From an uncultured Bacilli bacterium (GTDB lineage Bacteria; Bacillota_I; Bacilli_A; RF39; UBA660): a DNA stretch of 48,090 nt. Numbering within the stretch: position 1 is the stretch's first letter; every line of letters starts with the position of its first letter. Both the position numbers and the translations under genes were made by a program. The DNA lies in contig CANQQV010000012.1 of the NCBI GenBank assembly GCA_947626095.1, positions 1-48,090 on the forward strand, given 5' to 3'. The notes beneath the pieces were generated by a model. It worked only from the letters and a program-made list of their open reading frames with translations, was not told the DNA's origin and ran no database searches. Below are positions 46,755 through 48,090 of this stretch, piece by piece.

Positions 46755-48089
46755 TTATTTTGCTTTTTTAGAGCTTTTCTTTGCTTCTTTTGCAGCTTGT
46801 CTTTCTTTGATTGCAGCTTGGGCAGCAGCTAGACGTGCAATAGGAACTCTAAATGGAGAGCAAGATACATAAGTTAATCCTACATTATGGCAGAATTCAA
46901 CTGATGATGGATCTCCACCATGTTCACCACAAATACCAAGTTTGATATTTGGTCTTGTTGCTTTACCTTTTTCAGCTGCCATCTTAACTAGTTGACCAAC
47001 ACCTGTTTGATCTAATCTAGCAAATGGATCTTGTTCGTAAATCTTATTTTCATAGTAAGAACCTAAGAATTTACCAGCGTCATCTCTTGAGAAACCAAAT
47101 GTCATTTGAGTTAAGTCGTTTGTTCCAAATGAGAAAAATTCAGCTTCTTTAGCAATAGCATCAGCAGTTAAAGCAGCACGTGGAATTTCAATCATAGTAC
47201 CAATATGGTATTCCATGTTTGATTTTCTTTCTTTTTTAACTTGTTCAGCTGTTTCAACAACGATGTCTTTAACGAATTTTAATTCTTTAACTTCACCAAC
47301 TAATGGAATCATAATTTCAGGAACGATATCGTATCCTTCTTCTTCTTTAACTTCAATAGCAGCTTCCATTAAAGCTCTAGTTTGCATCTTAGCTATTTCT
47401 GGATAAGTAACAGCTAGACGGCAACCTCTATGACCCATCATTGGGTTAAATTCATGTAATTCAGCGCATTTTGCTTTTAGATGTTCTACTGTAACATTCA
47501 TATCTTTAGCTAATGCTTTAATATCTTCTTCCTCTGTAGGTAAGAATTCATGTAAAGGAGGATCTAAATAACGAACTGTCATTGGTAATCCTTTTAATTC
47601 TTTATACATAGCTTTGAAGTCGCCTTTTTGGAATGGTATTAATTCATTTAAGGCTTCTTCACGAGCTTCTACTGTTTCTGATAGAATCATTTTTCTAATT
47701 TTTGGAATTCTTTCTGGATCAAAGAACATGTGTTCTGTACGACATAGACCAATACCTTCAGCTCCTAATTCAACAGCTTTCTTAGTATCAGTTGGATTAT
47801 CAGCATTAGTTCTAACGCCTAATCTTCTATATTTATCAGCCCATTCCATAACACGGCCGAATTCGCCAGCGATTGTTGCATCAACAGTTTTAATTTCACC
47901 ATCGTAGATGTTACCTGTTGAACCATCGATAGAAATGACATCTCCTTCATGGAATGTTTTACCAGCTAGAGTAAATTCTTTTTTAGCTTCATTCATTTGA
48001 ATATCGCCACAACCTGATACACAGCAAGTACCCATACCACGAGCAACAACTGCAGCATGTGAAGTCATACCACCACGAACAGTTAAGAT
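46755..48089 (-). CDS. ppdK: Pyruvate, phosphate dikinase (5' part outside the window)
   Basis: RGGMTSHAAVVARG phospho-His motif, GIGLCRTEHMFF, EFNPMMGHRGCR, SFGTNDLTQ, GICGEHGG. Confidence 0.98.
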   Translation of the reverse strand: MLTVRGGMTSHAAVVARGMGTCCVSGCGDIQMNEAKKEFTLAGKTFHEGDVISIDGSTGNIYDGEIKTVDATIAGEFGRVMEWADKYRRLGVRTNADNPTDTKKAVELGAEGIGLCRTEHMFFDPERIPKIRKMILSETVEAREEALNELIPFQKGDFKAMYKELKGLPMTVRYLDPPLHEFLPTEEEDIKALAKDMNVTVEHLKAKCAELHEFNPMMGHRGCRLAVTYPEIAKMQTRALMEAAIEVKEEEGYDIVPEIMIPLVGEVKELKFVKDIVVETAEQVKKERKSNMEYHIGTMIEIPRAALTADAIAKEAEFFSFGTNDLTQMTFGFSRDDAGKFLGSYYENKIYEQDPFARLDQTGVGQLVKMAAEKGKATRPNIKLGICGEHGGDPSSVEFCHNVGLTYVSCSPFRVPIARLAAAQAAIKERQAAKEAKKSSKKAK

Positions 48090-48090
48090 A

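Noticed and set aside
8956-47907. Remaining short antisense ORFs in the track (e.g. 13189-13449, 21195-21554, 39144-39479, 42720-43184, 47614-47907)
   Set aside because: Nested opposite well-supported genes, with no RBS or recognisable motif

Overview
AT-rich, code-11 chromosomal window from a reduced-genome Firmicute. Gene content and style resemble uncultured gut Bacilli such as RF39 (inference only). Left part: an orphan promoter-to-terminator structured RNA candidate, then an Asn-specific T-box leading hisS-asnS-aspS(non-discriminating)-gatCAB, two hypothetical genes, a stand-alone HerA/DUF87 ATPase, 6S RNA-tcdA, gpsA, rarA, a XerC/D recombinase and a ZIP transporter. Around 19 kb lie a dif-type Xer site and a ~335-nt non-coding unit with three or four ~62-72-nt repeats behind a promoter overlapped by a LexA-box-like site. 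Right part (almost all minus strand): an HTH regulator, a four-gene Ycf46-like AAA+ ATPase/membrane coiled-coil operon with an unannotated 49-aa Pro-Trp peptide, spoIIM-like, mscL, a U32 protein, several membrane proteins, an orphan RelE-like ORF, Smr, a PfkB lacking its catalytic Asp, a 2440-aa M26/Zmp protease with cohesin- and dockerin-like modules, a GH13 enzyme flanked by an inverted decayed copy of the ppdK 3' end, and partial ppdK. No tRNA, rRNA, transposase or canonical CRISPR array was seen. All calls are by eye; no searches were run.
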